DNA of 64,000 nt, from the NCBI GenBank assembly GCA_038087875.1, contig JAXLNO010000146.1:124001-188000 (forward strand), in the 5' to 3' direction. Shown in pieces: positions 13,193 through 25,410 of this stretch (its first letter is position 1; each line of letters starts with the position of its first letter). The notes under the pieces were generated by a model. That model was not told the origin of the DNA. It did no database searches and worked only from the letters and a program-made list of their open reading frames with translations. Origin of the DNA: Malacoraja senta. Lineage: Eukaryota. A program made the translations under genes and the position numbers.

Positions 13193-13604
13193 CTGAATGA
13201 TGACTTTTGAGGTAAATTCTCAGATTTTCTTTGTTAAAATTTGACCGCTCAATATTCCAATTATCTCTTTTTTAATCAACAGCAAAGAGTCATCAAGGGG
13301 CAGTGAGCAGCAGAAAACAACAAAAGACACAACAAGAAAGAACTGAACTTAATAAATCTCACCTTTAACATTTAAATTGTTGTTATATTTTGAGAGTCAT
13401 TCACATTTTAAACTTATATAAATTATTTTTCCACTTGCATGCCTGCGCGTTCTTCATCACAATGGGAACCTAATAGGCAGGAATGGCTGCGCTGTCGGAG
13501 AGCAACTAATAGTGCATAGGGGGAAGGTTAAGGGGAGATGGACTGAATGCGTGGGAGGGGGAGGGAATGGCAACGAGCAGAATGGGGTGTGAAGGGAGGA
13601 GGGG

Positions 13605-13835
13605 TGACTGAGTGAACTGCCACAACACCAGCCGTGAGTGACTGGAATGCAAGCCTACCAGCCATGAGTAAGTGAACTGGCAGCCCAACAGCCATAAGTC
13701 ACTGGATTGCCAGCCCACCAGCCATGTGTAAGTGAACTGCCAGCCCACCAGCTGTCAGTGACAGAAGTGCCAGCCCACCAGCCATGACTTAGAGAACTGC
13801 CAGTCCACCAGCCATGACTCACTGAACTGCGAGTC
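13605..13835. repeat. 30-bp minisatellite, ~7-8 diverged units
   Basis: Unit ~GTGAACTGCCAGCCCACCAGCCATGAGTAA. Confidence 0.85.
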
Positions 13836-14554
13836 CAAGAATCCATTCAGTCCACAATGTCCATACTAGCCCTTTGGAAACCAGTCCCTTCAGCCCACAA
13901 CTCCCATACTAGCGTTCCTGAGATCCACGCAAAGATAGACTTTCCTCCTTCATTGCTGTGATCTGTAAAAAAAGATGAAAATGTCTAAAAGTGATTCTCC
14001 ACCCTCTCCCCCTTCTCTCACACAGTCTGTCACCTGTTTTGGGCAGAATTTCTGGAAGTTTCTGATCTGCCAGCCCGCCAGGCCTGAGGTACTGAGCTGC
14101 CAGCCTGCCAGCCCAAGAATCCATTCGGCACACGATGTCCACACTAGCCCTCTGAAAAACAGTCCTTTCGGCTCACTACACCCATGCTAGCGCTCCAGAA
14201 TGCCCCCCCCCCCCCCACTGGCCAGCAATATTGGAATTGATGGAGAGGTGGAATATTGCTTTGGTGGTCTAGCCCTCCCGTGTGAAGCTGGGACCGAACG
14301 GATCCCACAGTCTAGTAAATATGTAAATTTATGACCGGAATCGAAGGGATAGAATGTCAGCTGATGGAAAAATCTCCCGTGGAAATTACTTTACTTGAGG
14401 TGAGAGGCTCAAATTCTAAAGAATAGGCACATTGATATACATGGACAATTCATCGTAACATTGATGCAGGCAACAGAGAATGCATGTAGACTAAGAAATG
14501 GAAGTTCGTATTTATAATTCGTATTTTTTCTTTAATTATAATAATAACGTATTT

Positions 14555-14775
14555 AGTTTATAGAATATCCGATTGTGCTGGCCGTTGTTACGCAATTCCG
14601 TAATTAGCAGTAGCAAACGTGACCTGGCCAACATTGCTTGTTTAAATGACTAACACTAATCCCAAATGATTTTCCTTGATTAGTCGTCACGTGGTTTCTC
14701 TGGAGAATCAAATATTTTATTTAAAAGCAAGCGACCTGTCAGACCACTGTCAGGAAACGTCGATTATCTCTGGGC
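14555..14775 (+). promoter_or_regulatory. Conserved proximal promoter/5'UTR block, copy 2
   Basis: TGCTTGTTTAA ~14635, TAATCC 14657, CACGTG 14688, TTCTCTGGAGAA 14696, TTTAAAAG ~14720; aligns across paralogues. Confidence 0.6.
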
Positions 14776-14845
14776 ATGGAACTGCCGGTTCTCAACCAGG
14801 TAGAAAACATTTTCTACCCTATCCTTGTCATTATTGGTGTTCCTG
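14776..14845 (+). CDS. GPR139-like GPCR copy 2, coding exon 1
   Basis: ATG GAA CTG CCG..., MELPVLNQVENIFYPILVIIGVP, 70 nt, followed by GTAAG donor; homologous in all five copies. Confidence 0.88.
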
Positions 14846-16285
14846 GTAAGCTCCGTATTATTTCTTGCCGATGTTTCGCCGTCTAGACTTTACTGTTAAA
14901 AATACGTATGCTTTTACTTATTGCGAGATTAGCTGATCCAACTATTTACACCGAAGATCGAAACTACTCAATCGAATCCATTGCCAATAGATCCAGTGTC
15001 ATTTAGACAGACGCGTGGATAGGCTGGGAACGGAGCGAAATAGCGGATTTCGAAGGCGGCTAATTCGGTCCATCTAGTCAGTGTCGCATCCAGTTACAAT
15101 CTGGTTCACCGGCTGATTTTCCTTTTACATGCTTTTCCCAATTTCACCAAATCTTATGCCAGAAGCCGATTCCCCAGCTGCGCCGTATATGGACAAGTAA
15201 TGGACAAGTAATCGAGCAGCCAGCAGTATTTCGCTACTAGAAGGACACTGGAGCACCCGGCCGCACAGTAGCATTGCTCGGAGAGCTTCCGCATCACAGC
15301 GCCAGAGACCGCGTTTGATCATGTCCTCGGGCGTTTCCTGTGTGGGGTTGATACATTCTCCTCGGGACAACGTTGATTCATCCGTCAACTCTAGTTTCTT
15401 CCGCATCCCATAGATCGGGAGCACTAGATTTCTCCCGTAATGCGTGATACTTTGTGGCGAACAGGATTCTGTAATTTGTTTCTAGTCAGCTGGGAGTGGA
15501 TGCGATTGTTGGATAAAGTAAAACTTGTTTCTGCGGCAGGCCGCGGTGTGCCGGGTGACTGTTACACACTGACTCAACCAATCTGTCACGGAAGCAAACC
15601 AACGTGAACATTGGAGACGGTGCAAACTCCACACAAACAGCTCCAGTGACCAGTAAACGCGGGTCGCTGCAGCTGTCATGAAGCAGTGCCACTACTGTAT
15701 ATTTACCTTGAGGTGAACAGCCGATAAAAATCTAACGCCTTGTAACGTAAATGGAGTAGGAAATGAATATGCAATTTGTTATTTGAATGCAATATTTGCA
15801 TTCACACGGGCGTCGCGAAATCAATCTGTGATTGATACCGAGGAATACAAGCATGACCTTTTCTCTTACTGTAGAGATGTGTGCAAAGCATCTCGCTGCA
15901 ATACACATCTATATTCAAAATATGTGAAATGGGCAATCATCAAAGGCTCCACGTTTTAATGTTGGCCCAACGGTCTGCCGACAGGTTTAAGCAAAAGGTA
16001 GGGGACTGGGCTGCGATAAGTAAATCGCCCGATATTCCTGACTTCGCATTCCTCTGTGGCCAAGCAAATGGAATAACAAGTGATTTGAATCGACTATACC
16101 CATCAGATTTCTAAAAAACATCCTCCAGTACGCTGTGAGTTTTGAAGTCCAGTTATGTTATTGGACGCAGAATGATGTTCATTATTAGTTTGCGAAGTGC
16201 ATCGATATGATTTACTTTTCAGAACTAAAAGTAACGTTCTCTGGCAACAATGAACGTTAGTGAATTTAATGTTGTGTTTCTACAG

Positions 16286-17196
16286 CTAACCTGCTGGCGA
16301 TCGTCATCCTCACCCGGGGAAAGTTTGGGCTCTCCAAATGTATCACCCTCTATCTTATATCCATGGCCGTAGCTGATTTAATGGTTCTGATATTCGAGGT
16401 ATTTATTTCTGAAATTTCAGATGGCTACTTTCCATTTTCATTCCTCAACTTATCTCACATTTGTAAGCTGCGTATTTTCTTTAATTGTATTTCCATTGAT
16501 TGCTCTGTCTGGTTAACCGTGACTTTCACCTTCGATCGATTTGTCACTATTTGTAACCAGAATTTACGAACAAACTATTGCACTGAGAACACTGCGGCTG
16601 TGGTGATAGCAGTGACGTGTTACTTAAGTATTATTCAAAATATCCCAGTGTATCTTTTCCTCGTACCTTTATACAATATTGACAACGTGGCTTGGTACTG
16701 TTGGATAACATCAGACGTCTACACCATACCGATATGGGTAGCACTTTCGGTGATCGAAACCATTTTAACCCCAGTTCTACCAATGTTACTGATTCTTCTC
16801 CTCAACGCCCTGACAATCAAACACATTATACTCGCCAATAGAGTGAGGGGCGGTCTCCGTAGGAACAAAATGGCCGAGAGCGGCGCAGATCAAGAGGTTG
16901 AGAACCGAAGGAAGTCCATCATTCTATTGCTGGCCATATCCGGTAACTTCGTACTACTTTGGATGGTGACCTTCGTGTGTTGCATGAGTGTATATTTCCT
17001 AGACGTTCATCTTTTAGGTTCAGATAACAACGACCCATTTACAATTACAGAACAGTCCGGATATATGCTGAGAGCCCTGAGTGCTTGCACCAACAGGTTT
17101 ATTTATGGGGTGTCCCAGAACGAATTCAGGGAGGAATTAAAAGATGTGATTAAGAGCCCATTCGTTTTATTTTCCAATTCAATAAAATGTATTTAA
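16286..17196 (+). CDS. GPR139-like GPCR copy 2, coding exon 2 (spliced product 326 aa, intact 7TM)
   Basis: Acceptor TTTCTACAG at 16285, phase 1, in frame with ORF 16363-17196; AN in TM1, MAVADL in TM2, DRF in TM3, Cys in TM3 and ECL2, NRFIYG in TM7; no stops. Confidence 0.9.
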
Positions 17197-17689
17197 TGGC
17201 ACAGTGAAACTGCAAATATTTTACGAAATTACGTTTATTTCTACAGTGTGTTATTGCATCTTCCTGTCTGAGTTGCGGTTGGGACAAAGCAGTCAATGCC
17301 GACCGTCAGAGTATTCCTTCAACCACTTTCCCCAACGCACATCCATTCAATGTATCCATTGCAACTGCACTCAAATGGCCACTAATGCTACAACAGCCCC
17401 ACTACACCTTTGCCGGATCATAGAGAAATTTACGCTGTCAACTAATTGCGTCCTTGGGACGTGGAAGGGAACTGGAATCACAATCACATTCACATTCACA
17501 ACAAGACTTTATTAGCCAAGTATGTTCTGCAACATACGAGGAATCTCATTTGCTATTTCAGTCATAGAAATAAAAAGCAACGGAACACACATAACACATT
17601 TTAAGGTAGGGTACTTGTTACTTGGCCTCTTTAAATTGCCCCTAGTGTGCAGGGACCGGATGGGAAAGATGGATAACATTGAAGTAGTC

Positions 17690-18630
17690 TCACCCCCGGG
17701 CCGGTACCACTGAAGCTGCCGCCACCGCCAGCCAGCTCCACCTACTCGGCGCTCACAGGCAGAACCTATCGAACTTCGCCGGCATTCGACCGCTCCAGTC
17801 TGGTCGAACTGACGTAGTCGCACCGCCCACCCGCGCATTTCATCCAGCGCCCCTATACCGTGCCTGCGGTCGCTGTCGACGATTCTTATCTGCACCGTCC
17901 GCCAGCAGAACGCAGCCATTGATCTCGCCGTTCCTTGCATCTGCCCCGCCACTAGCAAGCTGCAACAGATTCAAGGCGCTGTTCGTTGATGCCTGCCCCC
18001 ATACCATCACTTTGACTGACTCCCCTGTTGATTCTCCTGGATCCTACTGATCCCGTTACCCAACAGGGAACATCAGTAATGGCAGCTTCCTCTCATCTCC
18101 AATCATCTCTCCATAGCACTTAACCCAAGCATCCCTCTACCCCTCTCACCACATCCCTCGCCATTGTCGTATTTTCACCACTCCCCCTGACTACACTGCC
18201 CCTATTCCCCAATTCTTACTCCTCCACATCTACGGATGTATCGGGGAAGCATCCTGCACCCGTGCAGAATTCGGTCAATTCATGAACTTCATCAGGACAT
18301 CTACTCAGCCCTGAAATTCACCTGGACTATTTCTGACACTTTCCCGCCCATCCTTGAGCATCCTTTCTCCATCTCGTGGAAGAATCTATCGACTGATGTC
18401 TAATAAATACCTACCTACTCCCACTGTTACCTGGACTGCACTTCATCCCATTTAGACTCTTGCAAAGACGTTATCCCCTACATTAAATTCCTTCATCTCC
18501 ACCGCATGTTCTCCGAATATGAGGCTTTCCAGTGTGGGACAATGTCTGAAGAAGGGCCTCGTCCCGCAACGTCACCCATTCCTTCTTTCAATAGATGCTG
18601 CCTGCCCAGCTGATTGACGCCACCATTTTA
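17690..18630 (+). mobile_element. Degenerate Penelope-like element remnant
   Basis: Broken RT peptides (ALKFTWTISD, LDCTSSH, SCKDVIPY) and a mutated hammerhead end at 18546-18573. Confidence 0.65.
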
Positions 18631-18782
18631 TGTCTCTTGTAGGACATGCAAGATCCAGGGTGGGATAGGTGCGACACGTCCCTCCCATGTTTTGAGAGGT
18701 GGGGACAATGCCCCCCATGTTTTCTAATCCGGATGTTGAAATTTGGTGAAAACAAATAGATTAACATCTCCGCTTTACGCGA

Positions 18783-21700
18783 GACATAGATACATAGATA
18801 CATAGAAAATAGGTGCAGGAGTAGGCCATTCGGCCCTTCGAGCCTGCACCGCCATTCAATATGATCATGGCTGATCATCCAACTCAGTATCCCGTACCTG
18901 CCTTCTCTCCATACCCCCTGATCCCTTTAGCCACAAGGGCCACATCTAACTCCCTCTTAAATATAGCCAATGAACTGGCCTCGACTACCCTCTGTGGCAG
19001 AGAGTTCCACAGATTCACCACTCTCTGTGTGAAAAAGTTTTTCCTCATCTCGGTCTTAAAGGATTTCCCCCTTATCCTTAAGCTGTGACCCCTTGTCCTG
19101 GACTTCCCCAACATCGGGAACAATCTTCCTGCATCTAGCCTGTCCAACCCCATAAGAATTGTGTACGTTTCTATAAGATCCCCTCTCAATCTCCTAAATT
19201 CTAGCGAGTATAAGCCAAGTCTATCCAGTCTTTCTTCATATGAAAGTCCTGACATCCCAGGAATCAGTCTGGTGAACCTTCTCTGCACTCCCTCTATGGC
19301 TATAATGTCCTTCCTCAGATTTGGAGACCAAAACTGTACGCAATACTCCAGGTGTGGTCTCACCAAGACCCTGTACAACTGCAGTAGAACCTCCCTGCTC
19401 CTATACTCAAATCCTCTTGCTATGAAGGCCAACATACCATTCGCTTTCTTCACTGCCTGCTGCACCTGCATGCCTACTTTCAATGACTGGTGTACCATGA
19501 CACCCAGGTCTCGCTGCACCTCCCCATTTCCTAATCGGCCACCATTTAGATAATAGTCTGCCTTCCCGTTTTTGCCACCAAAGTGGATAACCTCACATTT
19601 ATCCACATTATACTGCATCTGCCAAACATTTGCCCACTCACCCAGCCTATCCAAGTCACCTTGCAGTCTCCTAGCATCCTCCTCACAGCTAACACTGCCC
19701 ACCAGCTTAGTGTCATCCGCAAACTTGGAGATGTTGCTTTCAATTCCCTCGTCCAGATCATTAATATAAATTGTAAATAGCTGGGGTCCCAGCACTGAGC
19801 CTTGCGGTACCCCACTAGTCACTGCCTGCCATTGTGAAAAGGACCCGTTTACTCCTACTCTTTGCTTCCTGTTTGCCAGCCAGTTCTCTATCCACATCAA
19901 TACTGAACCCCCAATACCGTGTGATTTAAGTTTGTATCCTAATCTCTTATGTGGTACCTTGTCGAAAGCCTTCTGAAAGTCCAGATACAACACATCCACT
20001 GGTTCTCCCCTATCCACTCTACTAGTTACATCCTCGAAAAATTATATAAGATTCGTCAGACACGATTTACCTTTCGTAAATCCATGCTGACTTTGTCCAA
20101 TGATTTCACCACTTTCCAAATGTGCTGCTATCCCATCCTTAATAACTGACTCTAGCAGTTTCCCCACTACCGATGTTAGACTAACTGGTCTGTAATTCCC
20201 CGTTTTCTCTCTCCCTCTCTTCTTAAAAAGTGGGGTTACGTTTGCTACCCTATAATCCTCAGGAACTACTCCAGAATCTAAAGAATTTTGAAAAATTATC
20301 ACTAATGCATCCACTATTTCTGGAGCTACTTCCTTAAGTACTCTGGGATGCAGCCTATCTGGCCCTGGTGATTTATCGGCCTTTAATCCATTCAATTTAC
20401 CCAACACCACTTCCCGACTAACCTGGATTTCACTCAGTTCTTCCATCTCCTTTGACCCGCGGCCCCTGCTATTTCCGGCAGATTATTTATGTCTTCCTTA
20501 GTGAAGACGGAACCAAAGTAGTTATTCAATTGGTCCGCCATATCCTTGTTCCCGATGATCAATTCACCTGTTTCTGACTGCAAGGGACCTACATTTGTTT
20601 TAACTAATCTCTTTCTCTTCACATATCTATAAAATCTTTTGCAGTCAGTTTTTATGTTCCCTGCCAGTTTCCTTTCATAATCTATTTTCCCTTTCCTAGT
20701 TAAGCCCTTTGTCCTCCTCTGCTGGTCTCTGAATTTCTCCCAGTCCTCTGGTATGCTGCTTTTTCTGGCTAATTTGTACGCAACATCTTTTGCTTTGATA
20801 CTATCCCTGATTTCCCTTGTTATCCACGGATGCACTACCTTCCCTGATTTATTCTTTTGCCAAACTGGGATGAACATTTTTTGTAGTTCATCCATGCAGT
20901 CTTTAAATGCCTTCCATTGCATATCCACCGTCAACCCTTTTAGAACTAATTGCCAGTCAATCTTGGCAAATTCACGTCTCATACCCTCAAAGTTACCTTT
21001 CTTTAAGTTCAGAACCGTTGTTTCTGAATTAACAATGTCACTCTCCATCCTAATGAAGAACTCAACCATATTATGGTCACTCTTGCCCAAGGGGGCACGC
21101 ACAACAAGTCTGCTAACTAACCCTTCCTCATTACTCAATACCCAGTCTAGAATAGCCTGCTCTCTCGTTGGTTCCTCTACATGTTGGTTTAGATAACTAT
21201 CCCTCATACATTCCAAGAAATCCTCTTCCTCAGCACCCCTGCCAATTTCATTCACCCAATCTATATGTAGATTGAAGTCACCCATTATAACTGTTTTGCC
21301 TTTGTTGCACGCATTTCTAATTTCCTGTTTGATGCCATCCCCAACTTCACTGCTACTGCTAGGTGGCCTGTACACAACACCCACCAGCGTTTTTTGCCCC
21401 TTAGTGTTTCGTAGCTCTACCCATACCGATTCCACATCCTCCAAGCTAATGTCCTTCCTTTCCACTGCGTTAATCTCCTCTCTAACCAGCAACGCTACCC
21501 CACCTCCTTTTCCTTTCTCTCTATCCCTCCTGAATATTGAATATCCCTGGATGTTCAGCTCCCAGCCTTGGTCACCCTGGAGCCATGTCTCCGTGATCCC
21601 AACTATATCATAATCATTAATTGCTATCTGCACGTTCAACTCATCGACCTTATTACGAATGCTCCTTGCATTGAGACACAAAGCCTTCAGGCTTGTTTTT

Positions 21701-23845
21701 ACAACGCTCTTACCCCTTATACAATTATGTTGGAAAGTGGCTCTTTTTGATTTTTGCCCTGGATTTGTCTGCCTGCCACTTTTACTTTTCACCTTGCTAC
21801 CTATTGCTTCCGCCCGCATTTTGCACCCCTCTGTTTCTCTGCTTACCCATTTAAGAACCCCACCACCTCTTATTCTCTGTTTATTATTGTTTTCTTCTTC
21901 CCCCCCTACATGTTGGGTCTGAGTGCTTTCCTTCTCTGCCTCCTGCCTCACACACTGTCTGATAGCATTCTCTATTTGAGTCCCTCCCCCCAACCATTCT
22001 AGTTTAAAGTCTCCCCAGTAGCCTTTGCAGATCTCCCCGCCAGGATATCGGTCCCCCTCAGGTTCAAGTGCAACCCATCCTTTTTGTACAGGTCGAACCT
22101 TCCACAAAAGAGGTCCCAATGATCCAGAAATTTGAATCCCTGCCTTCTGCACCAGTCCTTCAGCCACGCATTTATCCTCCACCTCGCTCCATTCCTACTC
22201 TCACTGTCGCGTGGCACAGGCAGTAATCCCGAGATTGTTACCTTTGCTGTCCTTCTCTTTAACTTCCCTCCTAACTCCCTAAATTCTCCTTTCAGGACCT
22301 CTTCTCTTTTTTTACCTGTGTCATTGGCACCTATATGTATCACGACTTCGGGCTCCTCTCCCTGCCCTTTCAGGATGTCTTGGACACGTTGAGACACATC
22401 ACAGACCCTGGCACCAGGGAGGCAAACTACCATCCGGGTCTCCCGACTGCGTCCACAGAATCGCCTGTCTGACCCCTAACTATAGAGTCCCCTATTAATA
22501 TTGCCCTCCTCTTCTTTTCCTTACCCTTCTGAGCAACAGGACCGGTCTCTATACCGGAGGCCCGGCCGCTGTCGCTACCCCCACGTAGGCTGTCCACCCC
22601 AACAGTGCTCAAACAGGAGTACTTATTGTCAAGGTGTACAGCCACCGGGGTACTCTCTAGTCCCTGCCTGTGCCCCTTGCCTCTCCCAACCGTGATCCAC
22701 TTGCCTGCCTCCTGTGGTGTTGGAGTGACCACATCCCTGTAACTCCTCTCGATGACTTCCTCGCTCACCCTGACCAGACGGAGGTCATCGAGCTGCTGCT
22801 CCAGGTTCCTAATACGGTCCATTAGGAGCCCCATCTCGATACACCTGACGCAGATGTGGACGTCTGGAGGGCTATCAGACTCCATGACTTCCCACATCTG
22901 ACATCCAGAACAGTAAACTGCCCTGGCCCTCATACTCCCCTTACCCTGGATAGAATATAAAACAAACTGCTACAATACAAAACAAACTGATACAATACAA
23001 AACAAACTGCTACAATACAGTACAATCAGCAGGGATCTGACTCCCAATCAGCTGCCCCCTCTTGTCTGCGTCCACCAATCAGCGGCTTCCTCAAACCCAC
23101 TTGTTTTTGAAGTGGAACTTGGAACGGTACAGATTTGGGTTCCTTTTTAACTCCTACCGGTCGTGTGTAGCTCCTCCCTCTGCGATCTCTCCAACGGCTC
23201 TTGGGCCTCTGTAAGGAACAAGCCCCGCGCTCCTCTTTAACTCCTACCGGTCGTGTGTAGCTCCTCCCTCTGCGATCTCTCCAACGGCTCTTGGGCCTCT
23301 GTAAGGAACAAGCCCCGCACTCCTTTTTAACTCCTACCGGTCGTGTGTAGCTCCTCCCTCTGCGATCTCTCCAACGGCTCTTGGGCCTCTGTAAGGAACA
23401 AGCCCCGCGCTCCTTTTTAACTCCTACCGGTCGTGTGTAGCTCCTCCCTCTGCGATCTCTCCAACGGCTCTTGGGCCTCTGTAAGGAACAAGCCCCGCGC
23501 TCCTTTTTAACTCCTACCGGTCGTGTGTAGCCCCTCCCTCTGCGATCTCTCCAACGGCTCTTGGGCCTCTGTAAGGAACAAGCCCCGCGCTCCTTTTTAA
23601 CTCCTACCGGTCGTGTGTAGCTCCTCCCTCTGCGATCTCTCCAACGGCTCTTGGGCCTCTGTAAGGAACAAGCCCCGCGCTCCTTTTTAACTCCTACCGG
23701 TCGTGTGTAGCTCCTCCCTCTGCGATCTCTCCAACGGCTCTTGGGCCTCTGTAAGGAACAAGCCCCGCGCTCCTTTTTAACTCCTACCGGTCGTGTGTAG
23801 CTCCTCCCTCTGCGATCTCTCCAACGGCTCTTGGGCCTCTGTAAG
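18783..23845 (-). mobile_element. Near full-length young CR1 LINE (ORF1 zinc finger + SGNH esterase; ORF2 APE-RT)
   Basis: ORF1 22933-21999 (CxxC..HxCxxC, IGDSIVRG, CLPGA, HIGAND, DGLHLN; one frameshift ~22470). ORF2 to 18884 (ITETWL, MGDFN, KSDH, LDFQKAFDKV, GVPQGSVLGP, KFADD; frameshift ~20440, TAA at 20044-20042). (CTATGTAT)n tail at 18783-18804. Confidence 0.95.
23141..23845. repeat. 90-bp tandem monomers (~7.8 units) forming the CR1 5' end
   Basis: Near-identical units TCCTTTTTAACTCCTACCGG...AGCCCCGCGC. Confidence 0.95.
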
Positions 23846-24829
23846 TGGGGATGTCACTTAAGCGCTTTCTATTATCATCGTATTAACACGATGTGTCACC
23901 AATTGTGTTTTGACCTTCAAATATTACTGAATGTACTCACGGAGAATTTCTTAAAGCATGCAGGTACAATTACCAATTGAACTAATTGGATGCATTGGTG
24001 GATGGAAAATATTTAAACGGGTATCGGCTTTAAACGGGTCAGGTCATTAAGGGCTCCGGTCCAACAGGATTCCTGGCTGGCTTGCAAGTAAGTCCCTCAT
24101 TCACGGTCACTCAGGTTATTTAGTACCCCCCCCCCCTCTCTCGCTCTCTCCCTCTTTCCTCCGTGGTTGGTTCTTCTGATTGCCTTTATTTGCTTCAGTT
24201 TTATTTGTTTCAGTATTATTTATCAAATTATATCTTTTGAAAGATTCAAACGCGTATCAGACGCTTTCTAAGTGCTGAATCGGCCCGTTTGCGGGGCCTT
24301 TCATCGCCAGGCGCGGCATAAAATTGACCGCAGAATCTTCCATCGCCCCGCGGCCAGGCACTCAAACTGCTGCGTCGAGACGACGGAGGCTTCCGATGTT
24401 GAAGTCCCCGCCGGTCGATTTTAAGCCGCGCCGGGCGATGAAAAGCCCCGCAAACGGGCCGATTCAAGGCCCAAGAATCGGGGCGGACGAAGCTGCTGTT
24501 GCTGGAGTTCGGAGTTGGTCACCAACCAGGCCAGCTCCCGATGTTACCGTTTACAGGGCCCACGGCCGAAGGCTCCGAAGTCTCGCGTGTGTGTGTGTGT
24601 GCACGTGCGCCCATTAAAAATTACGTCCCCCCATGTGGTGATAGCGATTTCCGCCCCCACAGTTTGATAGCCACAGGGAAGAAGGACCTCATATGGCGTT
24701 CTGTACCACATCTTGATGGAACCAGATGTAATCCCCATATGTCCCCCTGTGCATCAGCGAGACCACGTATGGACTCAGCGACCATTTCCCCACACAGTTG
24801 CGCTCGTGACATGGCCTTCTGGCACTCCT

Positions 24830-25410
24830 GGTAGCTAACAATTTTAACTCACATTCCTATAAACACACTGACAGTTCTGTCCAGGTGCCCCCTCCAATGG
24901 CAGAGTCAAGTCTCAACTAAACAGGATGAAAAGAACCTCATTTCCCGCTTATGGAGCTTGCAACTCAACGGTATGATAATTGAAACCTCCAGTTTTATCC
25001 AATCACTGAAAAATACCTCCCCCTCCCCTTTCTCCCCATATCTTTCTTTATCTATCCTCACCTGTCCTCTACCTAGATTTACAACTACTTCTCCCCTTTC
25101 CCTCGCTATCCACAATTCGCAATTCGCAAGCATTCAATCCTTCTGTCTCACACCTTTCTTTCATCTCTTGCCTTTAACCAACCATTTGACTTCTAAAGCC
25201 CCCTCACCTGAGTTCAGCTATTAACTGCCACGCTTTGCTCTGCCCCTCCTCTCTTCTAGATCTCCCATCCGTAAACTCAGCCTGATAAGGTTCCAGGCTC
25301 TAAACCTCGCCGATCGACGTTCTACAGTGATGCTTCCTGGATCGTTGTTACTCCAGCACTTTGTGTATATTTTGGTAAACCAGCATCTCCGGTTCCTTGT
25401 TTCTACAATC
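24830..25410 (+). mobile_element. Old Penelope-like 3' remnant
   Basis: Degenerate match to the reverse complement of 30990-31350. Confidence 0.55.

Larger units (their letters stand above)
7660..14315 (+). mobile_element. Non-autonomous Helitron with internal tandem arrays and nested Rex1
   Basis: Starts A|TCTATATAATTAAAAG; ends with hairpin TGGGACCG-AA-CGGATCCCA (14289-14307) then CTAG|T; no TSD. Rejoined flanks GAGACCTGATA|TAAATAT match the uninterrupted paralogous site at ~32509-32526. Confidence 0.85.

Noticed and set aside
14776..17196. Assigning the gene symbol GPR139
   Set aside because: Only family-level motif similarity is visible; multi-copy paralogues with a much shorter N-terminus are unlikely to be the true orthologue without a phylogeny
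18640..24660. Possible non-autonomous DNA transposon hosting the CR1 (CGTCCCyCCCATGT motif near both ends)
   Set aside because: Terminal inverted repeats and TSD could not be established by eye
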